A stretch of DNA of 64,000 bases from Candidatus Hydrogenedentota bacterium (GTDB lineage: Bacteria; Hydrogenedentota; Hydrogenedentia; Hydrogenedentales; SLHB01), in the NCBI GenBank assembly GCA_963668025.2, contig CAXXTH010000010.1, positions 928,001 to 992,000 on the forward strand, given 5' to 3'. The position numbers were made by a program, and so were the translations under genes. The notes under the pieces were generated by a model. That model did no database searches. It had not been told where the DNA came from and saw nothing but the letters and a program-made list of their open reading frames with translations. Shown piece by piece: positions 9,390 to 19,852 of this stretch (position 1 is the first letter of the stretch; every line of letters starts with the position of its first letter).

Positions 9390-9479
9390 GTCGTCCCGCC
9401 TGTTCCATGGCCGGAATGCGCCGGCCTCTCGCGACCCGTGAGCGTTGCCTCTCCGCCATACTGAATAGGGTGGGCCAGC

Positions 9480-10001
9480 TTATTTACCTATCTTAATCTG
9501 CCGTTTACGCCGCGTTTTGGGCGCTTCAGGAGTTTCCGGCGCCGTTGCGGGCGCTGCTGGCGTGTCTTCCAGGCGCTTGCGTACGTCGCGTGCGCCTAAA
9601 GGACGCAGCGCCATGAGCGCTTCATACGTGCTATTGCGCAGGCGAAGCCGGCCATCTTTACGTTCCCATTGATACACCGCTTGGCTGCTCACGCCTACTA
9701 GGCTTGCGAGTTCGCCTTGCGTGATACTCCATTTCTGCCTCAAGTTGCGGATCGTCTTTCCAGAAAATCGCGCATTCGAGGTCTCAGCCGTCTTTTCTGT
9801 TTCCATTTCCGGCCGCGATTCTATTTTAGTGCGAGCAGGTTTTTTATCTGCTTTCTCTAACGTTTCCAAACGCCGTTTCAGTTCCGAAAGGGCCCGGCGC
9901 AGGGCCATATTTTCTTTGTGCAGCGCATCTGTTGTTTTGCGTATTTCCTTGCGCGCCAGGCGCTCGATCTCATCTTTTAACAATTTGGCGACATTAGGCA
10001 T
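9480..10001 (-). CDS. XRE-type HTH transcriptional regulator with N-terminal coiled coil
   Basis: IRNLRQKWSITQGELASLVGVSSQAVYQWE HTH; N-terminus MPNVAKLLKDEIERLARKE. Confidence 0.8.
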   Translation of the reverse strand: MPNVAKLLKDEIERLARKEIRKTTDALHKENMALRRALSELKRRLETLEKADKKPARTKIESRPEMETEKTAETSNARFSGKTIRNLRQKWSITQGELASLVGVSSQAVYQWERKDGRLRLRNSTYEALMALRPLGARDVRKRLEDTPAAPATAPETPEAPKTRRKRQIKIGK

Positions 10002-10291
10002 TCTACTATCTCCTTCAAATACTCACTGCAAAGCCTTGCTTAACTAACTCTCACTTGGTTTCGTATGGGCGCGCAGAAAGGTTTCGGCCTTGTTTGTGCA
10101 ATTCCTGCGCAAAGGCTTGGCTTGGGCTTAACACACCATGATCTAAACCATGTCAGGCTCTAAGTATTCCTGCAAGCGTATGGGGTTGTCAAATCATGTG
10201 AAGAGGCCTATTTGCAGCAGGGCGTGTGTGATAAGTGCATACCAGCGAAAACTCTTTTGGAATGAACTTGGAATTCGCAGTATGCAGGGTG

Positions 10292-11323
10292 TTAGGCGAT
10301 ATCAAGGAATGCTTGAACCTGATCTTCGATATCAGCCCGCAGAATAGCGATTTTCATATCATTCAGGCCAAGATATTTAGTTGAGGCGTGGCCAAGCAAA
10401 GACGGGACATCTTCACTTTCTTCACTAAAAGATAAGTCTGCTATCACGCTGGCGAGCGCGACAACATGGACAAATGGCAGCCAATGATCATCCGGCGTGC
10501 AATCCACATTTTCTTGGCAGAATGCGGAGACGCCAAATTCTGGCGGAAGTTTCCAAGAATTCAGGATGTGCAGCCCGATCAAGCAGTGGTAGCTGCTCAA
10601 TACTTCATCAAGCAGCTCGGGCGCTTGCCGGAGGATATGGGTGGCGTTATCGGAGAAACCGGATGGGATCTGGTTAGCCACCAGATCTAGAATCAACACC
10701 TTGCCGATGTCGTGGAGCAGCCCCATGACAAACAAGATTTCACTTGATGGCAATGCAAGCAAGTGGGCTAGCTCCCGGGCGCAGCATGCCGTCACGAGGG
10801 AATGTGTTCGGAATGCAGCCATCATGGAGCTGAATTTGGGGTCTTTCGTCACATAGAGCCTGCCGCTGGCGGCCACTTGGACCGTCGTCGCCACATTGCG
10901 AAGGCCAAGCCGGGCACAGGCCGCCGCCAGGTCCTTTATATCCGTCAGGCCTCCATATAAGGCGCTATTGGCGACTTGGAGGATTTTAATGGCAATGACA
11001 GGATCGCGCTCGATTACGCTGCTTAGGCTGGCCATTGTTACATCGGGGTCGTTGAGCATGCGCAGCACTTCGTGGGCGACGGCGGGCAGCATGGGAAGGC
11101 GCTGGATGCTCTCGGGCAGTGCTTTCAGCAAATCATGGCCGATGGAGCCTGGGCGCGCAGTTAGCCGGATATCGGGCTGCCCAGGCAGAGGCTTCACTGT
11201 GGGTTCCATGCTTCCCAGGGATATTGTAAGTGGATTTTTGCATTCTGTGCAGGGTAATAACACTGCATATTGAAATGATTGCGCATCGGCGGCGAGGCTC
11301 GCTTCGCAGAAAGGGCATTTCAT
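10292..11323 (-). CDS. HDOD-domain signalling protein with N-terminal CxxC...CxxC motif
   Basis: LPMLPAVA, IERDPVIAIKILQVANSALY, GLLHDIGK; CPFC and CTEC near the N-terminus. Confidence 0.88.
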   Translation of the reverse strand: MKCPFCEASLAADAQSFQYAVLLPCTECKNPLTISLGSMEPTVKPLPGQPDIRLTARPGSIGHDLLKALPESIQRLPMLPAVAHEVLRMLNDPDVTMASLSSVIERDPVIAIKILQVANSALYGGLTDIKDLAAACARLGLRNVATTVQVAASGRLYVTKDPKFSSMMAAFRTHSLVTACCARELAHLLALPSSEILFVMGLLHDIGKVLILDLVANQIPSGFSDNATHILRQAPELLDEVLSSYHCLIGLHILNSWKLPPEFGVSAFCQENVDCTPDDHWLPFVHVVALASVIADLSFSEESEDVPSLLGHASTKYLGLNDMKIAILRADIEDQVQAFLDIA

Positions 11324-11334
11324 GGCTTTATTCC

Positions 11335-13218
11335 TTATTGCGTCATCGCTAGTATCTGGTGGAGCGGCCGTATGTCGAATGTATTTGGCGTATGGCGCAG
11401 CACTTCATCGAACGTGGTGCGCCCGCGAATCACTTTGGCTATTCCATCTTCCCGCATGCTGATAAGGCCGGTAGACGCCGTGCAGGTTTTCCGGATGTAT
11501 CCGGAGGTCTTTTTTTGTAGAATGGCTTCCTTAACTTGATCGTTTAAAATGAGCAGTTCGTAAACGCCTACGCGCCCATAATAGCCTGTGTAACTGCAAT
11601 GGGTGCATCCATTGCCCTTGGTAAATTCATATTGGCGGATTTCCTTCGCGTCGAGGCCCAGGCGGTCGAGTGTTTGGAAGGATGGCACATAAACAGACGC
11701 GCAATGCTCGCAGATGCGGCGCAATAGACGCTGGGCGAGCACGCTGATCACGGTTGAGGAAATGAGGAAGGTCTCGATATCCATGTCTATAAGCCGGAGC
11801 AGGCCGCCGATGGTGTCTTCGGTATGGAAGGTCGAATAGACCTTATGTCCCGTGAGGGCGGCCTGGATGGCTGTTTCGGCGGTGATACGGTCGCGTATTT
11901 CACCCAGCACGATGATGTCGGGGTCTTGCCGGACGATCTCGCGAAGCGTATGCTCGAATGTCCGGCCGATCTTGTCATGGATGGAGCACTGGATGATCCC
12001 ATCGATCATGTATTCTACGGGATCTTCCGCCGTAATGATTTTAGTGTCCACGGTATTGGAGTAGCCGATGCTGCTGTAAAGGGTGGTGGTTTTTCCGGAA
12101 CCGGTTGGGCCGGTGATCAAGACCACACCCGTGGGGAGTTCGAGCACTTCATATCGGTAGCGTTCGAGCATGGCGGGATTCATGCCCAGCTCGGAAATAT
12201 CCAAGAGCCCTTTTTGCTTGCTCAGCACCCGGAGCACAACGCTTTCCCCGTGGACCGTTACGTATACGGACAGGCGCAAATCATAGGAGTCGCCATTGGA
12301 CTCGAATAGTATCCGGCCGCCTTGATGGCGCTGGTGTTCCGTGATATTTACTTCAGCGAGGATTTTGATGCGGGAAACGATCCGGGGCAGCAATTCTTTG
12401 GGCAGATCCGTCTTATACACCAAAACGCCGTCAATGCGGTAGCGGAGGCGGATCACATCCGTCATGGGCTCGATATGGATATCGCTTGCCCGTTCTTGAA
12501 TGGCGGTAATAATAATATGTTCCACCAATTGGACGATGGCGTCTTCCGCGCCGCCGAACTCGTGCTTCCGTTTTCCGCCGCCGTCTTGCCGGAATCGGCG
12601 AAAATCCTCAAGCGCTCCGCGGATGGCGTCTGCTGGACCCAGCGCGAGGTTATAGGACTGCTTGAACACTTCGGAAATGGAGTTTTTTACCTCATCGGTA
12701 ATGTCATTCACAACGATGGTCACGCAGCCGTGTTCATCCCGGCTGAAGGGCAGAAAAACATGCTCGATGAGATAATCCGGCGCCAGGCTGCCCAAGAGGG
12801 CCTGGTCCAGCATGCCGAAATCAGGTTCGATATAGGGGACGCCGAATTGCCGGGCGAGATTTTGCAAGAGGGTGCGCTCGTTGAGGGCGCCTATTTCGAT
12901 GAGCGCTTGGCCGAGCTTGATCCCTTTTTCTTTTTGCAGGCGGAGCGCCTGCTGCATGGTGTCTTCTGAAACCAGGCCCTGCTCTTGTAGAATTTCTCCA
13001 AGCCGGAAGCCGGAAGCGTGGCCGCTGAGGGCTTCCGCGATGGCCTGTTTCGTGGCGTAGCCCAGTTCGATGAGGATTGAGCCAACTTGCTTGGGCTGTT
13101 CGAGATAACGCTGAATCCGCAGGGCGCGGTCAAGCTGTTTTTGCGTAATGACTCCGGCCTGAATGAGGGCCTGGCCCAATAAGGATTGGGCCGTCTCTTT
13201 TTCCTGATGCTGCGCCAT
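11335..13218 (-). CDS. pilB: GspE/PilB-family type IV pilus assembly ATPase with MshEN motifs
   Basis: ASDIHIEP, Walker A GPTGSGKTTT, TAEDPVE, RQDPD..LGEIRD, GH...STFH, CxxC/CxxC; N-terminal RLGEIL..G motifs. Confidence 0.88.
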   Translation of the reverse strand: MAQHQEKETAQSLLGQALIQAGVITQKQLDRALRIQRYLEQPKQVGSILIELGYATKQAIAEALSGHASGFRLGEILQEQGLVSEDTMQQALRLQKEKGIKLGQALIEIGALNERTLLQNLARQFGVPYIEPDFGMLDQALLGSLAPDYLIEHVFLPFSRDEHGCVTIVVNDITDEVKNSISEVFKQSYNLALGPADAIRGALEDFRRFRQDGGGKRKHEFGGAEDAIVQLVEHIIITAIQERASDIHIEPMTDVIRLRYRIDGVLVYKTDLPKELLPRIVSRIKILAEVNITEHQRHQGGRILFESNGDSYDLRLSVYVTVHGESVVLRVLSKQKGLLDISELGMNPAMLERYRYEVLELPTGVVLITGPTGSGKTTTLYSSIGYSNTVDTKIITAEDPVEYMIDGIIQCSIHDKIGRTFEHTLREIVRQDPDIIVLGEIRDRITAETAIQAALTGHKVYSTFHTEDTIGGLLRLIDMDIETFLISSTVISVLAQRLLRRICEHCASVYVPSFQTLDRLGLDAKEIRQYEFTKGNGCTHCSYTGYYGRVGVYELLILNDQVKEAILQKKTSGYIRKTCTASTGLISMREDGIAKVIRGRTTFDEVLRHTPNTFDIRPLHQILAMTQ

Positions 13219-13372
13219 TGTGCTGATCCCGCCCTGATTAGGAATTCATTCAACCGCATGCAAAGCGTTATTTTTACCTTATGGGCAAAGGGCTATCATT
13301 CATAACGCCTGGCGAATGTTTTCTCTTCCTATTACTTCTGTTCCAGGGGCGCTGGCCATGCGGTATTCGGGC

Positions 13373-14518
13373 TTATCTCGTGCGGCGGAGGCTTTGTTCT
13401 AGTTTCCAGCGCAAACTGGGCACTTCCAAGTCTTCAGGAACCATAAGCGGAACAGTGGCAATGGTTTGGCCTTGCAGTTTCACTTCTGCTTCACCGACGA
13501 CAGCGCCATGCTCAGCAGGGGCCCGCAAGTATTGAGGCAGTTGCGCGACGACTTTCAGTGTAGACTTGTCATCTTGCTTAACGGTAATCCACACATCCTC
13601 GGCGGCGGCCAGGTTAATCTCATTGTTTGCGCAGTTATACACACGCACCGCAGGGGCGACGCGCTGTCCCTTTGCGAGGTATTGCACGCGGGTCACTGAA
13701 CTAAAGCCATTTTCAAGAATTTGCTGGGCCGTGTTGAAGCGGTCAAAATTGCTTTGATCACCCATGACCACCGCAATCAGGCGGATGCCGTCGCGCTTAG
13801 CAGTGGCGGTAAGGCAAAAACCAGCGGCGCGGGTAAAGCCGGTTTTGAGCCCATCGCAGTCATCCATGCGCACCAACAGCTTATTGGTATTGGTTTTTTC
13901 CGTTGTACCTGGGCGGAATGCATATTCCTTGGTGCCGACCCATTCCATCAGTTGGGGATTCCGTACGCAGGTTTGGCCTAGGAGCGCCATATCGCGGGCG
14001 GTCGTGAGGTCGCTGGGCTGGCCCGGATCGGGCGGCAGGCCATTGACTGAGTGGAATTGGGTGTGGGCCATGCCTAATTCGCGCGCACGCGTATTCATGG
14101 CTTCCAAGCAAGCGGTGTCGCTTCCCCAAAGCCCTTCCGCCACCGCCACGGCGGCGTCATTGGCTGATGCGACGGCGATGGCTTTCATGAGATCCCCTAG
14201 GGGATGGGTTTCTCCCGCCTTCAAATACACTTGTGTGCCGCCCATGCCCTCCGCAAGCGCAGTAGCCGTGATGGGAGTATCCAGGGTCCATTTGCCGTTT
14301 TCAATCCCCTCTGCCACCAAGAGCATAACGATCAGTTTTAACATGCTCGCGGGCGGCCGTTCGATATCGGCATTTTCTTCTATGATGATCATGCCGGAAT
14401 CGGCTTCGATGCAGATGCTACTAATCGGTGGTTCGTCTGTTAAAGAATCAGATGATTTGGCGACAGCGAGGCCGACTATGCTGATAAATAAAACGAATAG
14501 GATTGCGGTTCGTTTCAC
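13373..14518 (-). CDS. dacA: D-alanyl-D-alanine carboxypeptidase (PBP5/DacA family)
   Basis: Signal peptide; PASMLK (SxxK), SAN, KTG motifs; PBP5-type C-terminal domain. Confidence 0.88.
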   Translation of the reverse strand: MKRTAILFVLFISIVGLAVAKSSDSLTDEPPISSICIEADSGMIIIEENADIERPPASMLKLIVMLLVAEGIENGKWTLDTPITATALAEGMGGTQVYLKAGETHPLGDLMKAIAVASANDAAVAVAEGLWGSDTACLEAMNTRARELGMAHTQFHSVNGLPPDPGQPSDLTTARDMALLGQTCVRNPQLMEWVGTKEYAFRPGTTEKTNTNKLLVRMDDCDGLKTGFTRAAGFCLTATAKRDGIRLIAVVMGDQSNFDRFNTAQQILENGFSSVTRVQYLAKGQRVAPAVRVYNCANNEINLAAAEDVWITVKQDDKSTLKVVAQLPQYLRAPAEHGAVVGEAEVKLQGQTIATVPLMVPEDLEVPSLRWKLEQSLRRTR

Positions 14519-14818
14519 GTTTGAGGAATCCTTCTATTTTGAAACAAGCAAAACGGGAACAAGCATTTATGTCATTTTGCTTGTACGGATTGCTGTATTA
14601 CGTATTGGCTCTCATCAATGGAGCAAGGATACAATTTATGCCTGCGTGTCCATGTGGAAATGATCTACAATACAATATATCGTATATAGCCAGAAAGGTC
14701 AACAACAAAATGTGGTTTATTTGCGGTTTCCGCCCATAAGTAGTGTGCTCGCAGGTAGTTGTTGCGCTCCTGGCGGGGATGATTTTCTCTGGCGTAATCC
14801 CCGTGAAAAGGTATAAAT

Positions 14819-14855
14819 AAAAAAAGCCGCGAGTAAACAACCCGCGGCTTTTTTT
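14819..14855. terminator. Bidirectional intrinsic terminator after pilQ
   Basis: A7-GCCGCG...CGCGGC-T7. Confidence 0.8.
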
Positions 14856-14865
14856 CTAGGCATGC

Positions 14866-17800
14866 TTAGGGCGTCCGCCGCCACTTCCAGATGGGATCGT
14901 TCGTTTCTTCTGGATGGGCGATTTGATGCATCAAGGCCCGCTGGGAATCTGGTTTACTCGGTTCATCGCTCAGCTTGTCATACTCGACTTGTTGTGCCGG
15001 GGTCAGGTCGGGAAGCTGTTCATTGATGACGCGGCATGTCAGGAAGATGAGCAATTCCGTGTGAGTTTTTTCGATATCGGTATTACGGAACATGAAATTG
15101 ACGACAGGCAGATCACCCAAGACGGGGATTTTATTGACATCGTTCCGGCTCGATACATTGCGCAACCCGCCGATGAAGATGGTGCGATTGTCATTGGTGC
15201 GCAAAGTGGTCGTGGCGGTGCGTTTGTCTTCAATAGGCACGCCATCGTCCGTGAGCCCGTTGATCGAGCTCTGTTTCGCGTCGATGTCCACCAATATATC
15301 ATTTTCATGTGTCACGCGTGGCGTCACATTCAATTCGATACCGATCTCTTTGAACGCGGTCGAGGCGACTTCCGGGCCTTGCGTGGATTGGGTCAATTGC
15401 TGGTATGGGTAGTCTTGAACAATGGCTATGTTCGCTTTTTTGTTCTCGACCGTGACGACGACGGGATTTGCTAGAATCTCGGCGTTGTTGCTGGCGACTT
15501 CCGCCGCGATGGCGCCCCGGATGTCTAGTTTTTCCGTAAGAACGCCGAATGTCATGACGCCCGCGTCCAGCCCCGATTCGCCGACATTGCCTAAGGTGGT
15601 CGCGGTATTCAGATCTTGGATGCTGCCAACGATATTGCCGCGTTTATCGGAACGGCCAGGAAGCACCGCGACCTCTTCTCCAGCACTGTCGCGCTGTTTG
15701 ACCAGATCGAGCAGCCAATTGACGCCGGTCTGCGATTCGTCTTGCAGTACGGCATTGACAATCATGGCCTCGATGCCCACTTGCTTGACCGGAGTGTCGA
15801 TATCTTTGATCAATTCGCGCACTTGCTCGATGACCACGGGCAAATCCGTCACGATGATCATCCGCGCCCGTTCGTCTGCTTCCACGGTTCCGCCCATGGA
15901 CTTATTTCCTCCTGAAGCGCTTTTGCCGCCGCCGCTACTGGAGGAACCACGGGTGAGCATGTTTTTCACGATGGGCACGACATCCGCCGGGCTTGCATAA
16001 TTGAGTTTGATGGCTTCCGTGGCGGTTGGCAGGGAGGGCTTGGCCACATCGAGCTGATAGGCCAGTTCTTCCAGGCGCGCCACAATCTTCTCGGGGCCGG
16101 AAACGATGAGGACATTGGTTGTTTCGCTGGCGGCTACAGAGGCCATATTGCCATCCGGTATGCCTTGGAGCACCGTGGTGAGGGTGTCTTGCACTTCGAT
16201 GGCTTGGGCGTTTCTCAAGGTGATCATGCGGGTGGTCCGCCGCGCCGCCACGGCGTCTTCATACCGGGTGATGCGGTATAGCCCTTCTTCCTCGATCAAC
16301 CCGAGGCCATTGATGCGCAATACTTCTTCCATGGCTTTGATGAGAGGGACATCCGTTATTTTGGTTGTCACGGTGCCCGATACGGCGACATCATTGCCCG
16401 CGATGACATTCACGCCTGCTTTTTGCGCCAACAGCGCCACGACATTGCTCAGTTCCATGTTTCTAAAATCAATGGAGACGAGTTGGTAAAGGGGGTCCGT
16501 GTTTGGATCCGCGCCGGTGTTTTCTTTACGGGGAGCAGGAGCGGTTTTCGAGATTTCTGTCGGGGATTGGATGCTATCAATCCGCACCGGTTTTTGGAAT
16601 TCACGAGGAGCAGATTCGGCTTGAGGTTCTGCGCCTTCCGCGGAACGGGGGGCTGGAGGCGCTTGCGAGCCAGGAGCGCTTTCCGTCGCAGGCGTTGATT
16701 CAGGCTCTGTGGCAGGAGGGGTATCTGAGCCAGCGGCTTCTTCGCTAGGGGCTTCCTCGGATGTATCCGTATCTTCGGCAGCGGTTTTCGTTTCTGTTTC
16801 AGCAGAGGCTTCTTCCGCCGGGGCTGCTTCCGCTGGTTTTTCGGCGGAAGTATCCTCAGGCCCGGCTTCAGGCGAGTCCGCTGGCGCGGCTAATGGGGCG
16901 ATATCGCGCCATGGCAATTGGATATCCGTGGTTTGGATGGTTTGAAAACTGGCCGAGGAGGCTAAGTCGATATCCGGTGCGCTAAGAGTCGCAGCCGGAG
17001 CAGGCTCGGGGATAGATGGGGTAGCTTCACGCTGGGACGCCTCGAGCTTGGCTATCCACTCGCTATGCAAGCGGTCGCATTGGCGGGCGAATTCGTCAAA
17101 TTGGCGTTGGTCGTTGGTGATGCTTTTTTCGATGGCCGCCAAGGCGGCGGGCTGGCTTGCGGCTTGTTGGGCAGCGTCAAGCTGCGCCTGCGCATCCGCG
17201 CGTGCCTTTGTTAAGGTTTGTTCCACAGAGGCGTTCAATGCGCCCAAGGCTTCATCACGAGCGGATAGAATTTCCTTAAACCGTGCATCGGAAACATTGC
17301 CTTTGAGGCGCAATGCTTCGAGCGCATCCAGTGAACGCGCCGCCCGTTCATCGATTCGCGCCCGTTCGATGGTTAATCGATCCACCCGATGCTGGAACGC
17401 CGTTGCAACCGGATTGGATGCGTTTGCGGAAGTGGATTGTACGAACTCTATTTCAAGCTGGCCGTCATTTTGCCGGACGACTGGCGTGCAAGGTGTTTCC
17501 AGTTTGAATGCCAGCCTCGATATGAACTGGGGCTCCACGGTATCGAGCGCGCCGCTGACTTCGCGCAGGGGGCTATGCCCGCCGGGGACGATTTTTTGCG
17601 CTCCGATGAGATTCAGCGTGTCATAAAAGCACAGGGTGAAGGCGCGCCCATCCGCGGACGGCTGGGCGTCATACAGGGGCGTTCCATTCGTATGAATGAC
17701 GGCAAGGGCTCTTTCTCCTTCCGCGTAGACTTGCAAGTCGAGTAGGCTTTTGGCTCTCGTGCTTGCCTGTACCAGCGCAGGGTCATCTGGCGAGCGCCCT

Positions 17801-17934
17801 AAGGCGGCCAGCGCATGGCGGAGCACTTCTTGTTTTCTCGATTCCAGCCCATTCGAGGACACTGACGCCCAAGCGGCCAGCGTTCCGAAGCAAAGGGCAA
17901 ATGCTACTATGTAGGTTCGGTTGGAATGCAACAT
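14866..17934 (-). CDS. pilQ: Type IV pilus secretin with long N-terminal extension
   Basis: Signal peptide; N0 (VSIDFRNMEL), N3 repeats, secretin domain (KQVGIEA, NPVVVTVENKKA, GIELNVTP, KIPVLGDLP); last gene of pilMNOP. Confidence 0.9.
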   Translation of the reverse strand: MLHSNRTYIVAFALCFGTLAAWASVSSNGLESRKQEVLRHALAALGRSPDDPALVQASTRAKSLLDLQVYAEGERALAVIHTNGTPLYDAQPSADGRAFTLCFYDTLNLIGAQKIVPGGHSPLREVSGALDTVEPQFISRLAFKLETPCTPVVRQNDGQLEIEFVQSTSANASNPVATAFQHRVDRLTIERARIDERAARSLDALEALRLKGNVSDARFKEILSARDEALGALNASVEQTLTKARADAQAQLDAAQQAASQPAALAAIEKSITNDQRQFDEFARQCDRLHSEWIAKLEASQREATPSIPEPAPAATLSAPDIDLASSASFQTIQTTDIQLPWRDIAPLAAPADSPEAGPEDTSAEKPAEAAPAEEASAETETKTAAEDTDTSEEAPSEEAAGSDTPPATEPESTPATESAPGSQAPPAPRSAEGAEPQAESAPREFQKPVRIDSIQSPTEISKTAPAPRKENTGADPNTDPLYQLVSIDFRNMELSNVVALLAQKAGVNVIAGNDVAVSGTVTTKITDVPLIKAMEEVLRINGLGLIEEEGLYRITRYEDAVAARRTTRMITLRNAQAIEVQDTLTTVLQGIPDGNMASVAASETTNVLIVSGPEKIVARLEELAYQLDVAKPSLPTATEAIKLNYASPADVVPIVKNMLTRGSSSSGGGKSASGGNKSMGGTVEADERARMIIVTDLPVVIEQVRELIKDIDTPVKQVGIEAMIVNAVLQDESQTGVNWLLDLVKQRDSAGEEVAVLPGRSDKRGNIVGSIQDLNTATTLGNVGESGLDAGVMTFGVLTEKLDIRGAIAAEVASNNAEILANPVVVTVENKKANIAIVQDYPYQQLTQSTQGPEVASTAFKEIGIELNVTPRVTHENDILVDIDAKQSSINGLTDDGVPIEDKRTATTTLRTNDNRTIFIGGLRNVSSRNDVNKIPVLGDLPVVNFMFRNTDIEKTHTELLIFLTCRVINEQLPDLTPAQQVEYDKLSDEPSKPDSQRALMHQIAHPEETNDPIWKWRRTP

Positions 17935-17937
17935 CGC

Positions 17938-18549
17938 CTACTGCTCCTCCAGCTCTTTGGGTATCACGGAATCCCCCACGCGCAACAGCACACGAGAAGG
18001 CTCGATGCTCTCGACCGCGATTCCGGAGTCAAAGACATAACCGGGATAAACCACCTCGTTGTTGACGACTGCAATGGGAGCTCTTTTATCCCACACGATT
18101 CCGGTAACAACCATATTTAATGCGAGGCGTTGGGCCGCGCTTGCATTCAATGCGCTTGGCGCGCCACCCTCTTCAGATGTCGTGAGCTGGGTCATGGCGC
18201 GGTCGCCCACAAGCGGAGTCATGGGGTCGCGCGTTTCCCGTTCGAGCGCATAATCAAAATCGACTTCTTTGATGCTGGCCAGCAGCTCATCGATGTTCAC
18301 ATTGCTTTGCTTGAAGGCGGACGCGCTGGCGGCTCCTTGGGCCGACGCAGGCGCTTTGGCTTGGGCAGCCGCACCGGCTGCGGCATTTGCCGCCGCTGCT
18401 GGCTGCGCCGTAGCCGGTTTTGCGCCATTTTGCGGCGCGGGCGGCGTGGTGGATGCGGGAAATATCGCTTTGAACACGAAATAGGCGACCACAACCAGTA
18501 ATACCGCCAAAAAAATAATCTTACCTTTTGAAGTTTTTTTGTCGCTCAT
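17938..18549 (-). CDS. PilP-like pilus assembly protein
   Basis: N-terminal TM, RDPMTPL motif, VTGIVW...AVVN beta domain; between pilO and pilQ. Confidence 0.7.
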   Translation of the reverse strand: MSDKKTSKGKIIFLAVLLVVVAYFVFKAIFPASTTPPAPQNGAKPATAQPAAAANAAAGAAAQAKAPASAQGAASASAFKQSNVNIDELLASIKEVDFDYALERETRDPMTPLVGDRAMTQLTTSEEGGAPSALNASAAQRLALNMVVTGIVWDKRAPIAVVNNEVVYPGYVFDSGIAVESIEPSRVLLRVGDSVIPKELEEQ

Positions 18550-19205
18550 GACGCACCTCCACCAGCGGCGGCCGGTGTTCCTGCAGGCGCCCCTGCAGGC
18601 GCTCCAGCAGCGGGCGCCCCTGCGGGTGTTCCGGCAGGCTTATCGGGCAGTTGTACGAATTGGAAGGTGCTGAGCGTGAAATCGGCCGCGCTGACGCCGT
18701 TATCTTGCTCCCCGATTTTGAGGTCGCTAATTTTGAGGTAGCGCTCGAAGCGTTCCAGGCTGTTGATGAATCCGGCGATCTGGTGGAAGTTGCCATAGGC
18801 CGTGACTTTAAATGGGATCGTCTGGATTTGCTTTGCATCATCGCGTTCGATGGGCATAGGCGTCACTTCAACCCGGAGGTTCACCTCGTTCGCCATGTTT
18901 TCTAGTTCCGTTACGAGGCTGAGCAATTCGCGTGTGGAAGGCAAACGCTTCTCGAAATCGCTTACGAGTTTTTGCGTTTTATCCATTTCACTTTTCAGGT
19001 CGCCGAATTTTTTTTGCTTGGCTTTGGCTTCCGCCAGGTCCGCGGTGATGCGGTTAATATCTTGTTGTATGATGTCGGCCTTCAGAATGCTGCGCTGATG
19101 CACCACAAAGAAAAACAGCAAGGCTATCAACACGGTCGCCGCAAGGACAGAGCCTACAATAATCCAGTCTTTTGGCGCTATGGCTCCTCGATACAGCTCG
19201 CTCAT
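18546..19205 (-). CDS. pilO: Type IV pilus assembly protein PilO
   Basis: TM + coiled coil + RLPS..E, GNFHQIAGFINSLERFER; operon position. Confidence 0.88.
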   Translation of the reverse strand: MSELYRGAIAPKDWIIVGSVLAATVLIALLFFFVVHQRSILKADIIQQDINRITADLAEAKAKQKKFGDLKSEMDKTQKLVSDFEKRLPSTRELLSLVTELENMANEVNLRVEVTPMPIERDDAKQIQTIPFKVTAYGNFHQIAGFINSLERFERYLKISDLKIGEQDNGVSAADFTLSTFQFVQLPDKPAGTPAGAPAAGAPAGAPAGTPAAAGGGAS

Positions 19206-19852
19206 GATGCTGGGCTCCCCGGCAGTATGATGTATTCGAGCGTGAACTCTCTCACGGGAACTCCCTCGAAATCCGTATCTTTGAAAGACGGCGGTTCCAC
19301 GCGGAAGCGTTCGGCGAATTCAGGGTTGGCCTCTGTCGCCGCCATCAAGGGATTCACATCCGCGATGCCTGCTTCGGTGCGTGCGATATAACCTTCGAGC
19401 CGCAATATGGGCTGCTGCACGGTGGTGATTTTCGTCTCATCTTTTTTCGTTTGAGGGTTATGCACTTGCGTCGATTCTTTATACGATTTTTTATCGACGC
19501 TGATGTTTTTATACCAGAAGTTATCGGGCAGCAAGCGACTCATATTCCATAATTGGCGGGACCAGAGAATGCGATCTTTGGTGATTTCCGCGATGGTGTT
19601 GATTTTGCTCGCAAGCTGGGTTTTGGTTTGTTCCAAGCGGTTATACTCGTCAATCACCTCTTTTAGTTCGTCGAGTTCAGATTGAAGCTTGGCTTTTGCT
19701 CCATTTTTGGAGATAAGGCGTGCTTGATCCGCCACAAAGACCGCGAACATGCCGAAAACCGCTAGAGCGACGACCGCCGCTGTCAGCAGGTAAGGAACGA
19801 TGCTTCGGCGCACGGGGCGCAAGTGCATGGGGAGGAGGTTTACTTGGATCAT
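19202..19852 (-). CDS. pilN: Type IV pilus assembly protein PilN
   Basis: N-terminal IQVNLLP (INLLP) motif, TM, coiled coil, LP..W. Confidence 0.9.
   Translation of the reverse strand: MIQVNLLPMHLRPVRRSIVPYLLTAAVVALAVFGMFAVFVADQARLISKNGAKAKLQSELDELKEVIDEYNRLEQTKTQLASKINTIAEITKDRILWSRQLWNMSRLLPDNFWYKNISVDKKSYKESTQVHNPQTKKDETKITTVQQPILRLEGYIARTEAGIADVNPLMAATEANPEFAERFRVEPPSFKDTDFEGVPVREFTLEYIILPGSPAS

Noticed and set aside
10040-10160. Possible riboswitch (GCGCAG...CTGCGC stem) upstream of the XRE regulator
   Set aside because: Could not match the conserved core of c-di-GMP or any other known riboswitch by eye; an Rfam scan would be needed
18560-18640. PAG(A/T) repeats at the pilO 3' end
   Set aside because: Ordinary low-complexity coding tail
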